Of a stretch of DNA of 54,934 nucleotides, positions 39,564 to 49,396 are shown one piece after another (position 1 is the first letter of the stretch; each line of letters begins with the position of its first letter). Under the pieces are notes generated by a model that did not search any database, was not told the origin of the DNA, and saw only the letters and a list, made by a program, of their open reading frames with translations. The DNA lies in NCBI GenBank assembly GCA_018673485.1, contig JABHCP010000016.1:1-54934 (forward strand), given 5' to 3'. The translations under genes and the position numbers were made by a program. The stretch is from Candidatus Uhrbacteria bacterium (lineage in GTDB: Bacteria > Patescibacteriota > Patescibacteriia > UBA9934).

Positions 39564-40401
39564 ACCTCCATATAAATGCCAGGGTGATAAGCACAAATGC
39601 AATCAACCCCATTGCTCTAAGGGAAAAAAACCAAACCACTAATGAATCCGAATACACCTCACCATCAGCCCAAGGCTGAACATCTACTTTTACCTGATAT
39701 GGCCCGAGTGCCCACGGGTCACTGACAGAAACTGCAAACGTACGCTCCTGACCTTCGGCTATTCTTTTAAATTCCGGGTTTGCGTCAAATATATTTACGA
39801 CGCCACCCATCCAGCTAACCAATGAGACGCTTCCGGATGGTTGAACAAACCGATCTCCTGAATTTCGAACAGTGTAATATGTATCAACTTCGCTAAAACT
39901 TATGGTGCTCTCGGCATCAAAACCTAGCCACTGACTATCTTCTAATATTCCGTCACCAATTGATACAAATAACAGTGTTATAAATCCGGACTGAACCGCG
40001 ATACCAGAGCTGTCTGACGCGCTCTCCACAATCCTCGCTCCAACCACCATGCTCTGCGATTTAGCAGTTTCACTTGGAGCAATTGAAATGACAAATTCCC
40101 TGACCTCGCCTGAAACTAAGTCAAACGACTCCAGCTCAGATGAAAACCAAGACGCTTCATCAACGCTAAGCTCGTAAAATGAATAGTCTGTTTGCTCGTC
40201 TCCAAGTTCAACGCCAATGAAATCAATCAAGTATGTCTTACTCTCTGCGCTTTCATTCTGCACAACAATATCGAACTGCCCTACATCACCCTGCTTTACT
40301 GCAACATCTAGAACGTTTGGATAGAGCAAGGTGGCGCGCGTAATGTTTGCAACACCCAAAAAAACCAAGGCTGTGAAAAATACTCTAGTAATCACCCACA
40401 T
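39547..40401 (-). CDS. Secreted Ig-like protein with C-terminal TM anchor (DUF916-like)
   Basis: Signal peptide, VRNSGDRFVQPSGSV, GPYQVKV, C-terminal TM; family is inferred. Confidence 0.6.
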   Translation of the reverse strand: MWVITRVFFTALVFLGVANITRATLLYPNVLDVAVKQGDVGQFDIVVQNESAESKTYLIDFIGVELGDEQTDYSFYELSVDEASWFSSELESFDLVSGEVREFVISIAPSETAKSQSMVVGARIVESASDSSGIAVQSGFITLLFVSIGDGILEDSQWLGFDAESTISFSEVDTYYTVRNSGDRFVQPSGSVSLVSWMGGVVNIFDANPEFKRIAEGQERTFAVSVSDPWALGPYQVKVDVQPWADGEVYSDSLVVWFFSLRAMGLIAFVLITLAFIWRYAKRS

Positions 40402-41299
40402 ATATAATCGTGATTGTGTGAGAATATGTTCCACTGGCCTCAAATCCATTCGCTGAAGATTTTAGCGTCAGAAAATCTCTAGATTCAAATGTATTCGATG
40501 CTCGGCTCCCCACTTGCTGCAAGGTCGATGTTATCGCAACGTCCTGAGTATCGAAATCTGAAGAAAGAGTCGTGTCGGATGATCTTGCGCCATATTCCCT
40601 AGAACCAACCGTAACTGCACCGTCGGCTACATCGGTAATTGTATCCGTTCCTGTTGTTAAGTCCTGATTCTCATATACATAAACGCTATACCCATCACCA
40701 ACATCGGCTGTAACCTCCCAACCTATCGCCGTTGTTGCAAGCACTGAAGGCGTGGGCTCAGGCATCGTTGTCACAGTTGCATTCATGTTGTAGAGATAGT
40801 CATCCACTCCACCAACTGTTGGCATAACTGTCGCATAGTGCCATTGGTCTACGGTTATAGTTGTGACATTTATGGATGTAATTTTACCCATCGCAGAAAT
40901 CTGTGACTCCCCCTCATCTTCAACAATTAGCACCATATCACCGACAGTAAAGCCAGAGACAGATGAAACCGTCACCGCGGTATCGGTAACTGAAATAGCA
41001 GAAACCTGCGTTGATCTGCTTTCGATGAATATCTCAAAATCAGCTACTCGGTCATAAACACCGGCCCTATACCCCTGGTCCAATTCATAAGATGTGCTCG
41101 ACCCCTGTGATGCGCTGCTAGGATCTACTGAATCTCGCAGTATATATGAGCTCGAGCTTGAAGTATCATCTCCGCCAGCACTAATGCTATCCCACTGAAT
41201 TTGAAAGTTAGTAGAAGTCATCTGGCCAAAAACAGAAAAGCTGCAGCTAAAAATAGCTACAAGAACAACTAGAGCGATAGAAAGCTCTCTTCGTTTCAT
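40385..41299 (-). CDS. Secreted surface-associated protein
   Basis: Signal peptide, MTSTNFQIQWDSISAGG start, C-terminal SGTYSHTITIIYVGDY strand. Confidence 0.7.
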   Translation of the reverse strand: MKRRELSIALVVLVAIFSCSFSVFGQMTSTNFQIQWDSISAGGDDTSSSSSYILRDSVDPSSASQGSSTSYELDQGYRAGVYDRVADFEIFIESRSTQVSAISVTDTAVTVSSVSGFTVGDMVLIVEDEGESQISAMGKITSINVTTITVDQWHYATVMPTVGGVDDYLYNMNATVTTMPEPTPSVLATTAIGWEVTADVGDGYSVYVYENQDLTTGTDTITDVADGAVTVGSREYGARSSDTTLSSDFDTQDVAITSTLQQVGSRASNTFESRDFLTLKSSANGFEASGTYSHTITIIYVGDY

Positions 41300-41378
41300 A
41301 CACAGGAATTATATCAATGAACACAATTTTTAGCCAAAGGCATAATTGGCTAACCTTAGCACAATATCAATGCTTGCC

Positions 41379-41429
41379 TGTGGATAATTATAGCAAATAT
41401 TGGCTCTGGGCCCTACTACCTGTGGAGAA
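41379..41429. promoter_or_regulatory. Two DnaA boxes
   Basis: TGTGGATAA (perfect) at 41379-41387; TGTGGAGAA (1 mismatch) at 41421-41429. Confidence 0.55.
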
Positions 41430-41467
41430 CTCCATTTATTCTTTGTCTACGCCTTGCTAGACAAGCA

Positions 41468-41483
41468 GATTTCACGTGAAACG
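41468..41483. other. parS-like site
   Basis: GATTTCACGTGAAACG, 13/16 to TGTTTCACGTGAAACA. Confidence 0.6.
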
Positions 41484-41933
41484 CTCACATCTAAAGTAAT
41501 ACACTAGAAGTGACCTACGGTGATACAGAACTCTTCTATCTTCTCCGCTCTTCTAGGTGGCAAAAATCCCTACTTGATATGATTGTGGGCTCTCAGACTA
41601 ACAAATTCCAGTATCTTATCCTTGTGCGCACTAGAGACTGCATATACCCTTGCGTTCACATATTTACTACCGAACAAGTCATGTCGATCCTGCATCACCA
41701 ATAACAACATAAGCGATCCAAGAATAGGGCCCATCATCACACTTATTGCAGTCCAAATCATAACCCAGTCTTTACCACTAATAAGGAACGGCGCTCATCA
41801 GATGTGGTCCACAATCCCCTATCACATCTCAAACTCTGCACTTTCGATATTCACTAATATCTCTTGGCTTCCAAAAGAGGTCACTAGCAACGAGTCTCGG
41901 CTGATGCAAAAACTCATATTGAGTGAATAAAAC

Positions 41934-41961
41934 AAAATCACCGCATCTAGTGCGGTGATTT
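41934..41961 (-). terminator. tRNA terminator
   Basis: AAAATCACCGCA-TCTAG-TGCGGTGATTTT inverted repeat. Confidence 0.75.
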
Positions 41962-42038
41962 TGGTGACCCCGGTAGGACTCGAACCTACAACCTTATCCT
42001 TAGGACGGATCTGCTCTATCCAATTGAGCTACGGAGCC
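41962..42038 (-). tRNA. tRNA-Arg (anticodon CCT)
   Basis: GGCTCCGTAGCTCAATTGGATAGAGC...GT-CCT-AA...GGTTCGAGTCC...CACCA cloverleaf with encoded CCA. Confidence 0.95.
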
Positions 42039-42040
42039 AT

Positions 42041-42056
42041 AGTTTCACGTGAAACA
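42041..42056. other. parS site
   Basis: AGTTTCACGTGAAACA, 15/16 to the consensus. Confidence 0.75.
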
Positions 42057-42134
42057 TGCGTCGTAAAACATTACACATCGCTGTTGAAGCAACAAAATTA
42101 CGATGGTGGTATAATATCACAAAACCAAAATACT

Positions 42135-43253
42135 ATGAATACTTTTGACCTTATTTTACTCGTGCTTTTGATCGCATGCGCCGCAGCACTAGCAGTCATC
42201 ATCTACAAGCTTTCAAAATCCTCCGGATCCCAAGCGTCGCAAAATACTGATCAGATGCTCATGATGATCAAGGAGGATTTATCAAGAGGATCAGACCAGC
42301 ACAAAAAGGACTTACTAATTCAGATACAGCACTTGCAAAAAGAAATGGGCGAAGGAATCAGGCACTCTCATTCCTCAATGCAGAAACAGTTTGATCAAAC
42401 ATCTCGAATAGTTCAGGACGTAACAAAAAGGCTTACCGACCTAGATCAAACCAACAAACAGGTTCTCGACTTCTCTTCACAACTGCAGAACCTGCAGAAC
42501 ATTCTAAAGAACCCAAAACAGCGAGGCGTCCTAGGTGAGTATTGGCTGGAAACGCTTTTGAGCAACGTTCTACCAAAGGACAGTTACAAAATGCAGTATA
42601 AAATAGGAGTGGACGAAAAGACGGATCAAATCCTTATAGCCGATGCTGCAATCTTCGTGCGCGATCAAATAATTCCAATTGACGCCAAGTTCACATTGGA
42701 AAACTATAACCGCATGATGGAAGAAGCACACAACGAAGAACTGAGAGACAAGCTTGAAAAATTATTCAAGGCTGACGTAAAAAAACGGATTGACGAAACC
42801 TCTAAGTACATCAGGCAAGGGCAGGGGACTATGAATTTCGCATTTATGTTCATACCAGCTGAGGGCGTTTACTACAACCTATTAAACGCGGATGTTGGAT
42901 CGGGAATAAACAGCAGCAATTTAGTGCAGTATGCATTCGAAAAGCACGTAATGATGGTTTCACCAACCTCATTCTATGCATACTTGCAAACAGTATTACT
43001 AGGATTGCGTGAATTACAGCTCGAGGAATCCACTCAAGAAATCATTAAACGCGTTTCAGAGCTGGGTAAACATGTAAACAGCTACAGTGATTACCATGAG
43101 CGACTTGGTAAAAACCTGGGAACAGTAGTTAATCAATACAACAGCTCTAGCAATGAGTTACGCAAGGTCAGTAAGGACGTTTCAAAAATTACGTCAGGGA
43201 CACTCGATAACATCATTGAAACTGACGAGGTAATAAAACCACAAATCAACTAA
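42135..43253 (+). CDS. rmuC: DNA recombination protein RmuC
   Basis: N-terminal TM, coiled coil, KQRGVLGEYWLE, IPIDAKF, FAFMFIPAEG, VSPTSF; TGGTATAAT upstream. Confidence 0.92.
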   Translation: MNTFDLILLVLLIACAAALAVIIYKLSKSSGSQASQNTDQMLMMIKEDLSRGSDQHKKDLLIQIQHLQKEMGEGIRHSHSSMQKQFDQTSRIVQDVTKRLTDLDQTNKQVLDFSSQLQNLQNILKNPKQRGVLGEYWLETLLSNVLPKDSYKMQYKIGVDEKTDQILIADAAIFVRDQIIPIDAKFTLENYNRMMEEAHNEELRDKLEKLFKADVKKRIDETSKYIRQGQGTMNFAFMFIPAEGVYYNLLNADVGSGINSSNLVQYAFEKHVMMVSPTSFYAYLQTVLLGLRELQLEESTQEIIKRVSELGKHVNSYSDYHERLGKNLGTVVNQYNSSSNELRKVSKDVSKITSGTLDNIIETDEVIKPQIN

Positions 43254-43265
43254 AAATTACCATAA

Positions 43266-43370
43266 CAAAAATCAGCCCATTCACCTCTTCCATATCGAGC
43301 GAAGCGAGATATCTCCTCGAGGAGATCCCTCACATTCGTTCGAGATGGATGGGGCAGGGGCTGATTTTTG
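43266..43370. repeat. Bidirectional terminator containing an inverted REP-like doublet
   Basis: CAAAAATCAGCCC...GGGCTGATTTTTG outer arms; inner CCATATCGAGCGAAGCGAGATATCT and inverted AGATCCCTCACATTCGTTCGAGATGG. Confidence 0.7.
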
Positions 43371-43371
43371 T

Positions 43372-43635
43372 TTACGCTACTTTTTTAAGCAACTTCATTG
43401 ACTGCGCTTTTACACGTGCTGCTTTATTCTTCTTGATAATTCCGTGTAGAACCATCTTGTCAGCAAGCTTGTAAAGCTTTGGAACCATAGACTCAACTTC
43501 TTTCATCTTATTTTCATCAGATAATTTCCGCATTTGTCTACGCATTGAATGCAACTCTGATCGGTAGATCTTGTTACGTTCAAAACGTTTTTTACTCTGT
43601 CGAAGAGCTTTCTTGGCATTAGCTAAGTTTGGCAT
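43372..43635 (-). CDS. rpsT: 30S ribosomal protein S20
   Basis: MPNLANAKKALRQSKKR..RN, DK...GIIKKNKAARVK. Confidence 0.93.
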   Translation of the reverse strand: MPNLANAKKALRQSKKRFERNKIYRSELHSMRRQMRKLSDENKMKEVESMVPKLYKLADKMVLHGIIKKNKAARVKAQSMKLLKKVA

Positions 43636-43704
43636 AGTTTTCTATATCGAGCGTGATATAAATAATTTGAGACGTCGCAATAGTACGAAATTTAGCGACT
43701 TTTG

Positions 43705-44691
43705 TCAATTATCAGAAGTTGATAGCGGAGCAATTGATAGATCAACCACTTGTTTTGGGTTCAAAACCCCAGTCTTTACAAGGAAATCATTATCAAACAT
43801 CTCGGATTGAACAGCAATTAGCTCATCTTTAGAAAAGTGTTGCTGCTGCTGAGTTAACTTCTTTGCAACAAATGGATGAACACCCAAAGTTTGCGCCAAA
43901 TCACGCTCAGACGATCCTGGGTTGCACTCAAAGAAGCTCGCAGCTGCGATTAATAGCCTAACTTGCCGAACAAGCATCCCGAATAATTGAGCGTCTGGTG
44001 TCCCAAATAATCTCTGTTGCTCTAGAAGCTGCTTAACCTTTCTTGTGTCTCGTTGACTCAATGCATCTAAAAAGACAAACATTTGATCATCAGCGCTCGG
44101 TCTTACCATTAAATCCAAATCTACCTGAGTGACTTCGCGGCCTCTGCAATAACTAGCAAGCTTCTCAAGTTCTAACGACAACATCCACGCATCAACCCCA
44201 GCCATCATTATAAAACTACGCACCAGGGCAGAGGAAATTCTCAGATCCAACTTCACAGATTCATCCGCAACCCACTTAGCGGCCTGGCCCTCACTCATTG
44301 GTTCAAAAATATACTCATGCACTCCATCGACTTCTTTGAAGTTTAGGACCATCGCGTGCTTGCGTGCCTTGGCGACACTCAACTCATCAAACAAAACGAC
44401 GATAGTGCTTTCTGGAACGTTTTCAAAAATCTCAATCCAAGGTTTTGATTCTGGCTTACGCGTAATCTCGCTCATCAAACCTTTCAAAATCACCATTCGT
44501 TTTTGTGCCAAAAACGGAGGAGATTGAATTGCTTGCGCGACTTGCCCAATGTCAAACTTCTTCTGATCGCGAAGAGGGAACTCGACAACATTTGTCCCCG
44601 ACGGATCAAACTTATCCAAAAAAGCCTCACGCATTACACGCACCTTCTCCTTAGCATTAAACTTGTCCTTACCAAAAACAAATATCAACAT
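43705..44691 (-). CDS. holA: DNA polymerase III delta subunit
   Basis: IFVFGKD, PPFLAQKRMVILK, ELEKLASY, LGVHPFVAKK; holA-rpsT synteny. Confidence 0.9.
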   Translation of the reverse strand: MLIFVFGKDKFNAKEKVRVMREAFLDKFDPSGTNVVEFPLRDQKKFDIGQVAQAIQSPPFLAQKRMVILKGLMSEITRKPESKPWIEIFENVPESTIVVLFDELSVAKARKHAMVLNFKEVDGVHEYIFEPMSEGQAAKWVADESVKLDLRISSALVRSFIMMAGVDAWMLSLELEKLASYCRGREVTQVDLDLMVRPSADDQMFVFLDALSQRDTRKVKQLLEQQRLFGTPDAQLFGMLVRQVRLLIAAASFFECNPGSSERDLAQTLGVHPFVAKKLTQQQQHFSKDELIAVQSEMFDNDFLVKTGVLNPKQVVDLSIAPLSTSDN

Positions 44692-44722
44692 AGTGAGCCC
44701 ATCTTATCATAATCACAGAAGC

Positions 44723-45161
44723 AAAACACCCCGCTCGGAGCACCGAAACGGGGGCAAGACTCTCTCACAATGCACACTTCACACAGTAACGAAGAATCGA
44801 TGTGTGAATTTGTTACCATGGCGATCTTTCCACCTCACGACACAAGGAAACGAATTATCGAGGTCAGAAGGACTTATCACTTCAACTACAATCTCACTGC
44901 AGTCATCGCGCTTGAGCGCCACTGCAACAGCCTTGAAGACGTGAGCATTCACCCCCTCTAAATCATCTTGTACACAAGCACACTCTCGAATCGCATCGTG
45001 AGCTGCCGACGCCATACTATAGGCCCAGATAGATCCAAAATCGATCTGACTCCATTCTCTAGACATGATTAACTCCTTGGGATATTGACTTACACATGAA
45101 GAGTGTAGGTAGTAGATTAATCAATAAAAATTAAAAAGTCAATCCAAAAACACCCCGCTCG
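44723..45161. mobile_element. Putative inserted cassette bounded by 15-bp direct repeats
   Basis: AAAACACCCCGCTCG at 44723-44737 and 45147-45161, each an arm of a terminator-like hairpin. Confidence 0.5.
44779..45066 (-). CDS. Hypothetical protein (stand-alone gene)
   Basis: AAGGAG SD; TTGACT-N17-TAATCT promoter at 45114-45142; own terminator at 44722-44754. Confidence 0.7.
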   Translation of the reverse strand: MSREWSQIDFGSIWAYSMASAAHDAIRECACVQDDLEGVNAHVFKAVAVALKRDDCSEIVVEVISPSDLDNSFPCVVRWKDRHGNKFTHRFFVTV

Positions 45162-45184
45162 ATGAAAAGGGTGTTTTGAAATAC

Positions 45185-45790
45185 CTATCGATACTTTTCA
45201 AAAATCTTGTAGCTCATTCTGTGGATGGGGCAGGGGCCGTGTTTTTCGATTTGTGATCGGTGGAGGGCGGTGCCGTATCCTTTGTGGCGATTGAATTCGT
45301 ACTCTGGATATTCTTGAGCTATCTTCAGCATCATTCTGTCGCGGGTGACTTTTGCGATTATTGAGGCAGCTGCAATTGATTTTACTAACTGATCTCCACG
45401 GATAATTGATTCTTGTTTACAATCGAGCTCTGGAATTTTCCACGCATCGATAAGAGCCACCTCCAAGCCTTCAATATGCTCAAGCGCCCTACGCATTGCC
45501 AGTAGGGAAGCCTGTCTCACATTAATTAGATCGACTTCTTTATGTGACGCCTCACCAACGCCATACGCACTTGCCTTTAACAATATTTGATCAAACAAGT
45601 CTTCACGACGCTTTTCACTTAACAATTTGGAATCGTTAATGTCACCAAGCCTTGAATCCAAAGGCAAAACCACAGCCGCCGCAACAACGGGCCCAGCCAA
45701 CGATCCAGCACCAACCTCATCGGCACCGGCTATAACAGTGAAGCCCTGATCTATATATTTCTTTTCAAAACAGAATGTTGGTCGTTTCAT
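45185..45790 (-). CDS. rnhB: Ribonuclease HII
   Basis: IAGADEVGAGSLAGPV, INDSKLL, IAAASIIAKVTRD, HKGYGT. Confidence 0.96.
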   Translation of the reverse strand: MKRPTFCFEKKYIDQGFTVIAGADEVGAGSLAGPVVAAAVVLPLDSRLGDINDSKLLSEKRREDLFDQILLKASAYGVGEASHKEVDLINVRQASLLAMRRALEHIEGLEVALIDAWKIPELDCKQESIIRGDQLVKSIAAASIIAKVTRDRMMLKIAQEYPEYEFNRHKGYGTALHRSQIEKHGPCPIHRMSYKIFEKYR

Positions 45791-45799
45791 ACGCAATAA

Positions 45800-45828
45800 T
45801 TGACAAAATTGCCATTTTTTGATAATTT
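45800..45828 (+). promoter_or_regulatory. Sigma70-type promoter
   Basis: TTGACA-N17-TAATTT with TGn extension. Confidence 0.6.
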
Positions 45829-45855
45829 ATTCAGTCCCCACGAAGGAGAAAAACC

Positions 45856-46371
45856 GTGTCAGACCTCGAACGCGTCATGATCTTTGTCGATGGCTCCAAC
45901 CTGAGCTCTGCTCTGCGAAAACTGAGGGCAGAACAAGTACTTTATCTACCGATGTTCAGACAGATGTGTGCCGAGGTCTCCGGTAGGCCCATGGCTGTGC
46001 ACTACTTTGACAGCACATCACCTGGCCCAAAACGAGATACTCGCATCACACTTTTTCGTGCGCTCGCTCGCATACCCAAGGTCCATCTCCATATCCACGA
46101 AAGAGTTGCAAATGGAAACAGCTCGCAAGAGCGTGGCGTCGATGTTGACCTAGCTGCCCACATGACATTGTTGGCGAGCACCGACCAGTTCGATATCGCA
46201 ATCCTTGTAAGCGGCGACCAAGACTTCGTGCCGGTGGTAAAGTTAGTGCGGGATATTGGAAAACGCGTCTTCATTATCACTGGCGGACACGGAGCCGCGC
46301 AGTGCTACCATGATGACAACTACTTCGTCCACCTGGAACAAATCCTACGTGATATGCGCAAAAGCGCATAA
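45856..46371 (+). CDS. NYN domain (LabA/DUF88, PIN-like) protein
   Basis: IFVDGSN, ERGVDVDLA, ILVSGDQDFVPVV..GKRV; AAGGAG SD before GTG. Confidence 0.9.
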   Translation: MSDLERVMIFVDGSNLSSALRKLRAEQVLYLPMFRQMCAEVSGRPMAVHYFDSTSPGPKRDTRITLFRALARIPKVHLHIHERVANGNSSQERGVDVDLAAHMTLLASTDQFDIAILVSGDQDFVPVVKLVRDIGKRVFIITGGHGAAQCYHDDNYFVHLEQILRDMRKSA

Positions 46372-46425
46372 GCTCACTTCCTCGCAACCCGCCACAGCGG
46401 GTTGTCATGCTTTCCGCGTTTCTCA

Positions 46426-46800
46426 TTAACGACCAATCCGATCGAGATAATACAACCACGTAGTAGAAAAAATACCAAAGACTATTAGTATGGCCAATAA
46501 CGTGGTAGAAAATTCTGATAATAACGAAATCATGATTGCTAGAATTGCAAACGCTGACCAGATTATCTTGAGTTTGAGCATTGCTCTAAAAACTTCGACT
46601 CCTGATTTGTGAACCGATAGGGAAGTCCCGCCGATTGCAAAAAGTGCGGCGCCGATCAATCGGATTGTGAGAGTGTTCTCATCTTCGATCCCCAATAACC
46701 CAGAGACCCAAACGGGCGCTAGGAACATTGGTATAGCGAAGATCATATCAGTAACAAAATGCGCTATGAACCATTTTCTAAGTGATGATGGTACTTTCAT
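46426..46800 (-). CDS. Small four-TM membrane protein
   Basis: Four hydrophobic helices; start directly follows the polA stop. Confidence 0.7.
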   Translation of the reverse strand: MKVPSSLRKWFIAHFVTDMIFAIPMFLAPVWVSGLLGIEDENTLTIRLIGAALFAIGGTSLSVHKSGVEVFRAMLKLKIIWSAFAILAIMISLLSEFSTTLLAILIVFGIFSTTWLYYLDRIGR

Positions 46801-46801
46801 A

Positions 46802-49369
46802 TTATTTCCAAGCTTTTAATTTACCCCAATGCTTTCCGTGCTCCACGTCCACTATCAAAGGAACCTCGCTATCCCACACGCCTTCCATAATTTTCTTAAT
46901 TTGCACGACGGCCTTCTCAACATCACTATTCTTTACCTCAAAAACTAATTCATCATGAACTTGTAGTAACATCTTTAAATCAAGGTCAGTGCTTTCAACC
47001 CAAGTCTGCACTTTCAACATTGCCATCTTTACCAAATCAGCCTGTGTTCCTTGAATTGGCATATTCACTGCCATGCGCTCAGCTGCGGCGCGCAACATTT
47101 GCATGCCAGAATCAATTTCCGGCAAATATCGACGACGGCCAAACAAGGTCTCAACATATTTATCCTTGTGCGCTTTATCCTTCATCTCCTCAATGTAATT
47201 TGCAATGCCGGGATGAAGTTCAAAGTACTTATCGATGAATCCTTGGGCCTCTTCTTTGGAAAGCCCGCTTGAACGCGCTAGATTGCGTGGACCCATGCCG
47301 TACAAAATTCCAAAGTTTATTGCCTTTGCCGCATGACGCTCATGCTTATCGATCTCGCTCTCTGGCTTGTCTAGAATCTCGGACGCTGTGCGTGTATGAA
47401 TATCCGCACCTTCTTTAAACGCTCTAATAAACGAACTGTCCTTGGCCATCACGGCCGCGAGTCGAAGTTCAAACTGCGAATAATCACATGCCACGAGAGT
47501 GTATCCATGTTTTGACGTAAACGCATTTCGAATCTCGCGACCAAGCTCGGTTCGCACTGGAATATTTTGCAAATTAGGATCTGATGACGACAACCTTCCA
47601 GTCGCAGTGACTGTTTGATTGAATGACGAATGAATTCTTCCATCTTTTTCGATCAACTCAGGTAACGCGTCTACATATGTGGACTTCATCTTGGCAAACT
47701 CTCGATACTTTGAAACCAATGGAATGATTTCATGCGTTTCCCACAGTTTTTCAAGTTCGCTCGCTGCAGTCGAAAGTCCTGTCTTTGTTTTTTTGATTCG
47801 CTTAGTTGGCAACTTAAGCACATCAAATAGAATATGCGAGAGTTGAGAAGGGGATTTGATATTGAATTCCTCACCAGCAAACTTATAGATCTTAGCAGTG
47901 AGACTTTTAAGCTCTTTTTCAAACTTATCAGAGAGTTCTTTTAAATGATCCGCATCAACCTCAATCCCTTCACGTTCCATGATGTACAGATTACGAGCAA
48001 GCGGCATCTCCACATCAGTAGCTAACTTTAAAGAACCTTCTTTGGCGAGCAACTTTTCAAGTTTTTTATATAAACCGATAATGACTTCCATCTGTGAATC
48101 CAAAGCTGCATCTTCTTTTAGATTCTTTTTAAAGTACTTCTTAGCACAAGCTGATATATCAAAATCTCTCTCATGTGAAGCCACCAAATAAGCCGCAACC
48201 ATAGTATCGAATACTTTTCCTTCGATAGAGCTCTCAAGTAAGTGCATTATTGATTTTAAATCATGTCCGATAACCAACTTTGCTTTATTGATAAGCTCGA
48301 TAACTTGCTTCACCTCATCTTGTGTTTGTGCTTTTGCGATTTTAGTTCCGTCTGAGAAAACTATCTCAATTGAACCCTTTCCAAACAAGTCCGCCTGCAC
48401 GTTGCGGGCCGCAACGTATAGATCATCGGCTTTAAGTTGATCGATGGTGGCTACCTTCTGTCTTACAATCGGCGCCTGCTCTGCAGAATCTTCAGACCTT
48501 TTATATTTTCTTAACAAATTTCTAAACTCTAACTGTTCCAACATTGGAACAAGTACTTCTACATCAGGATCTGTAAATTTCGCGTCAGTTATTTTAAATC
48601 CAGGTAGCTTAACCCTATCAATCAACTGAACGAGCGCTTGCATGTCCTTGAGTTCCTTTTCTTTACCACGTAAACGCTTTGCGTACTTCTCCTCAAGCTC
48701 ATCGCGCTTGAGTGCTCGCAGTAAATTATTAATTGATCCATGTTCCTGCAACAAAGTTGCCGCTGTCTTTTTTCCAATACCCTCAATGCCTGGAATGTTG
48801 TCTGACGGGTCGCCCATCAACGCTTTGAAATCGACCATCTGCTTTGGATCTAACCCATAGCGATCTTGGACAGCTTTTTTATCGTATTCAACAGTCTCTG
48901 AAATTCCTTTTTTAAAAGCAATGACTCTAACAGCTCCATCAACAAGCTGAAGCAAGTCCATATCGCCGCTCAATATCTTCACGCTGACATCATCCTTAGC
49001 ATATTTCTTTGCAAGTGTCGCGATCACATCATCAGCCTCATAGCCCTCAGCTGACAACGAAGGGATTCCATAAACATCTAGCGCATCTTTAATGACATCT
49101 ATCTGCTCGTACAATTCATCTGCCTTTTTCTCGCGCGTCCCTTTGTACTCGGCGTATGCCTCATGCCGAAAAGTGGCACCCGGCAAGTCCCAAGCGACAG
49201 CCATGAAGTCTGGTGCATATTGTTCACGCATTTTTTCAATGATATTTAAAAAACCATACACAGCATTTACCACCTGCCCGCTTGAAGTTGTTAGCGGCGG
49301 AATAGCATGCCATGCACGGTGTAAAAGTGCATTTCCATCTAGAACCAAAAAGACTTTTTTCTTTGCCAT
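46802..49369 (-). CDS. polA: DNA polymerase I
   Basis: LDGNALLHRAWHA, YEADD, GDPSDNIPG, TGRLSSSDPNLQNIP, DYSQFELR, AKAINFGILYG, LQVHDEL; start at MAKKK. Confidence 0.98.
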   Translation of the reverse strand: MAKKKVFLVLDGNALLHRAWHAIPPLTTSSGQVVNAVYGFLNIIEKMREQYAPDFMAVAWDLPGATFRHEAYAEYKGTREKKADELYEQIDVIKDALDVYGIPSLSAEGYEADDVIATLAKKYAKDDVSVKILSGDMDLLQLVDGAVRVIAFKKGISETVEYDKKAVQDRYGLDPKQMVDFKALMGDPSDNIPGIEGIGKKTAATLLQEHGSINNLLRALKRDELEEKYAKRLRGKEKELKDMQALVQLIDRVKLPGFKITDAKFTDPDVEVLVPMLEQLEFRNLLRKYKRSEDSAEQAPIVRQKVATIDQLKADDLYVAARNVQADLFGKGSIEIVFSDGTKIAKAQTQDEVKQVIELINKAKLVIGHDLKSIMHLLESSIEGKVFDTMVAAYLVASHERDFDISACAKKYFKKNLKEDAALDSQMEVIIGLYKKLEKLLAKEGSLKLATDVEMPLARNLYIMEREGIEVDADHLKELSDKFEKELKSLTAKIYKFAGEEFNIKSPSQLSHILFDVLKLPTKRIKKTKTGLSTAASELEKLWETHEIIPLVSKYREFAKMKSTYVDALPELIEKDGRIHSSFNQTVTATGRLSSSDPNLQNIPVRTELGREIRNAFTSKHGYTLVACDYSQFELRLAAVMAKDSSFIRAFKEGADIHTRTASEILDKPESEIDKHERHAAKAINFGILYGMGPRNLARSSGLSKEEAQGFIDKYFELHPGIANYIEEMKDKAHKDKYVETLFGRRRYLPEIDSGMQMLRAAAERMAVNMPIQGTQADLVKMAMLKVQTWVESTDLDLKMLLQVHDELVFEVKNSDVEKAVVQIKKIMEGVWDSEVPLIVDVEHGKHWGKLKAWK

Positions 49370-49396
49370 ATAGATAGATTTTACTTGATTTTTGCT

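Noticed and set aside
41583-41930. 115-aa ORF in the parS/DnaA region
   Set aside because: No recognisable motif or start signals; its reality cannot be supported
41955-42134. N-terminal extension of the rmuC ORF
   Set aside because: Overlaps the tRNA and parS; a -10 box and TM start support ATG 42135
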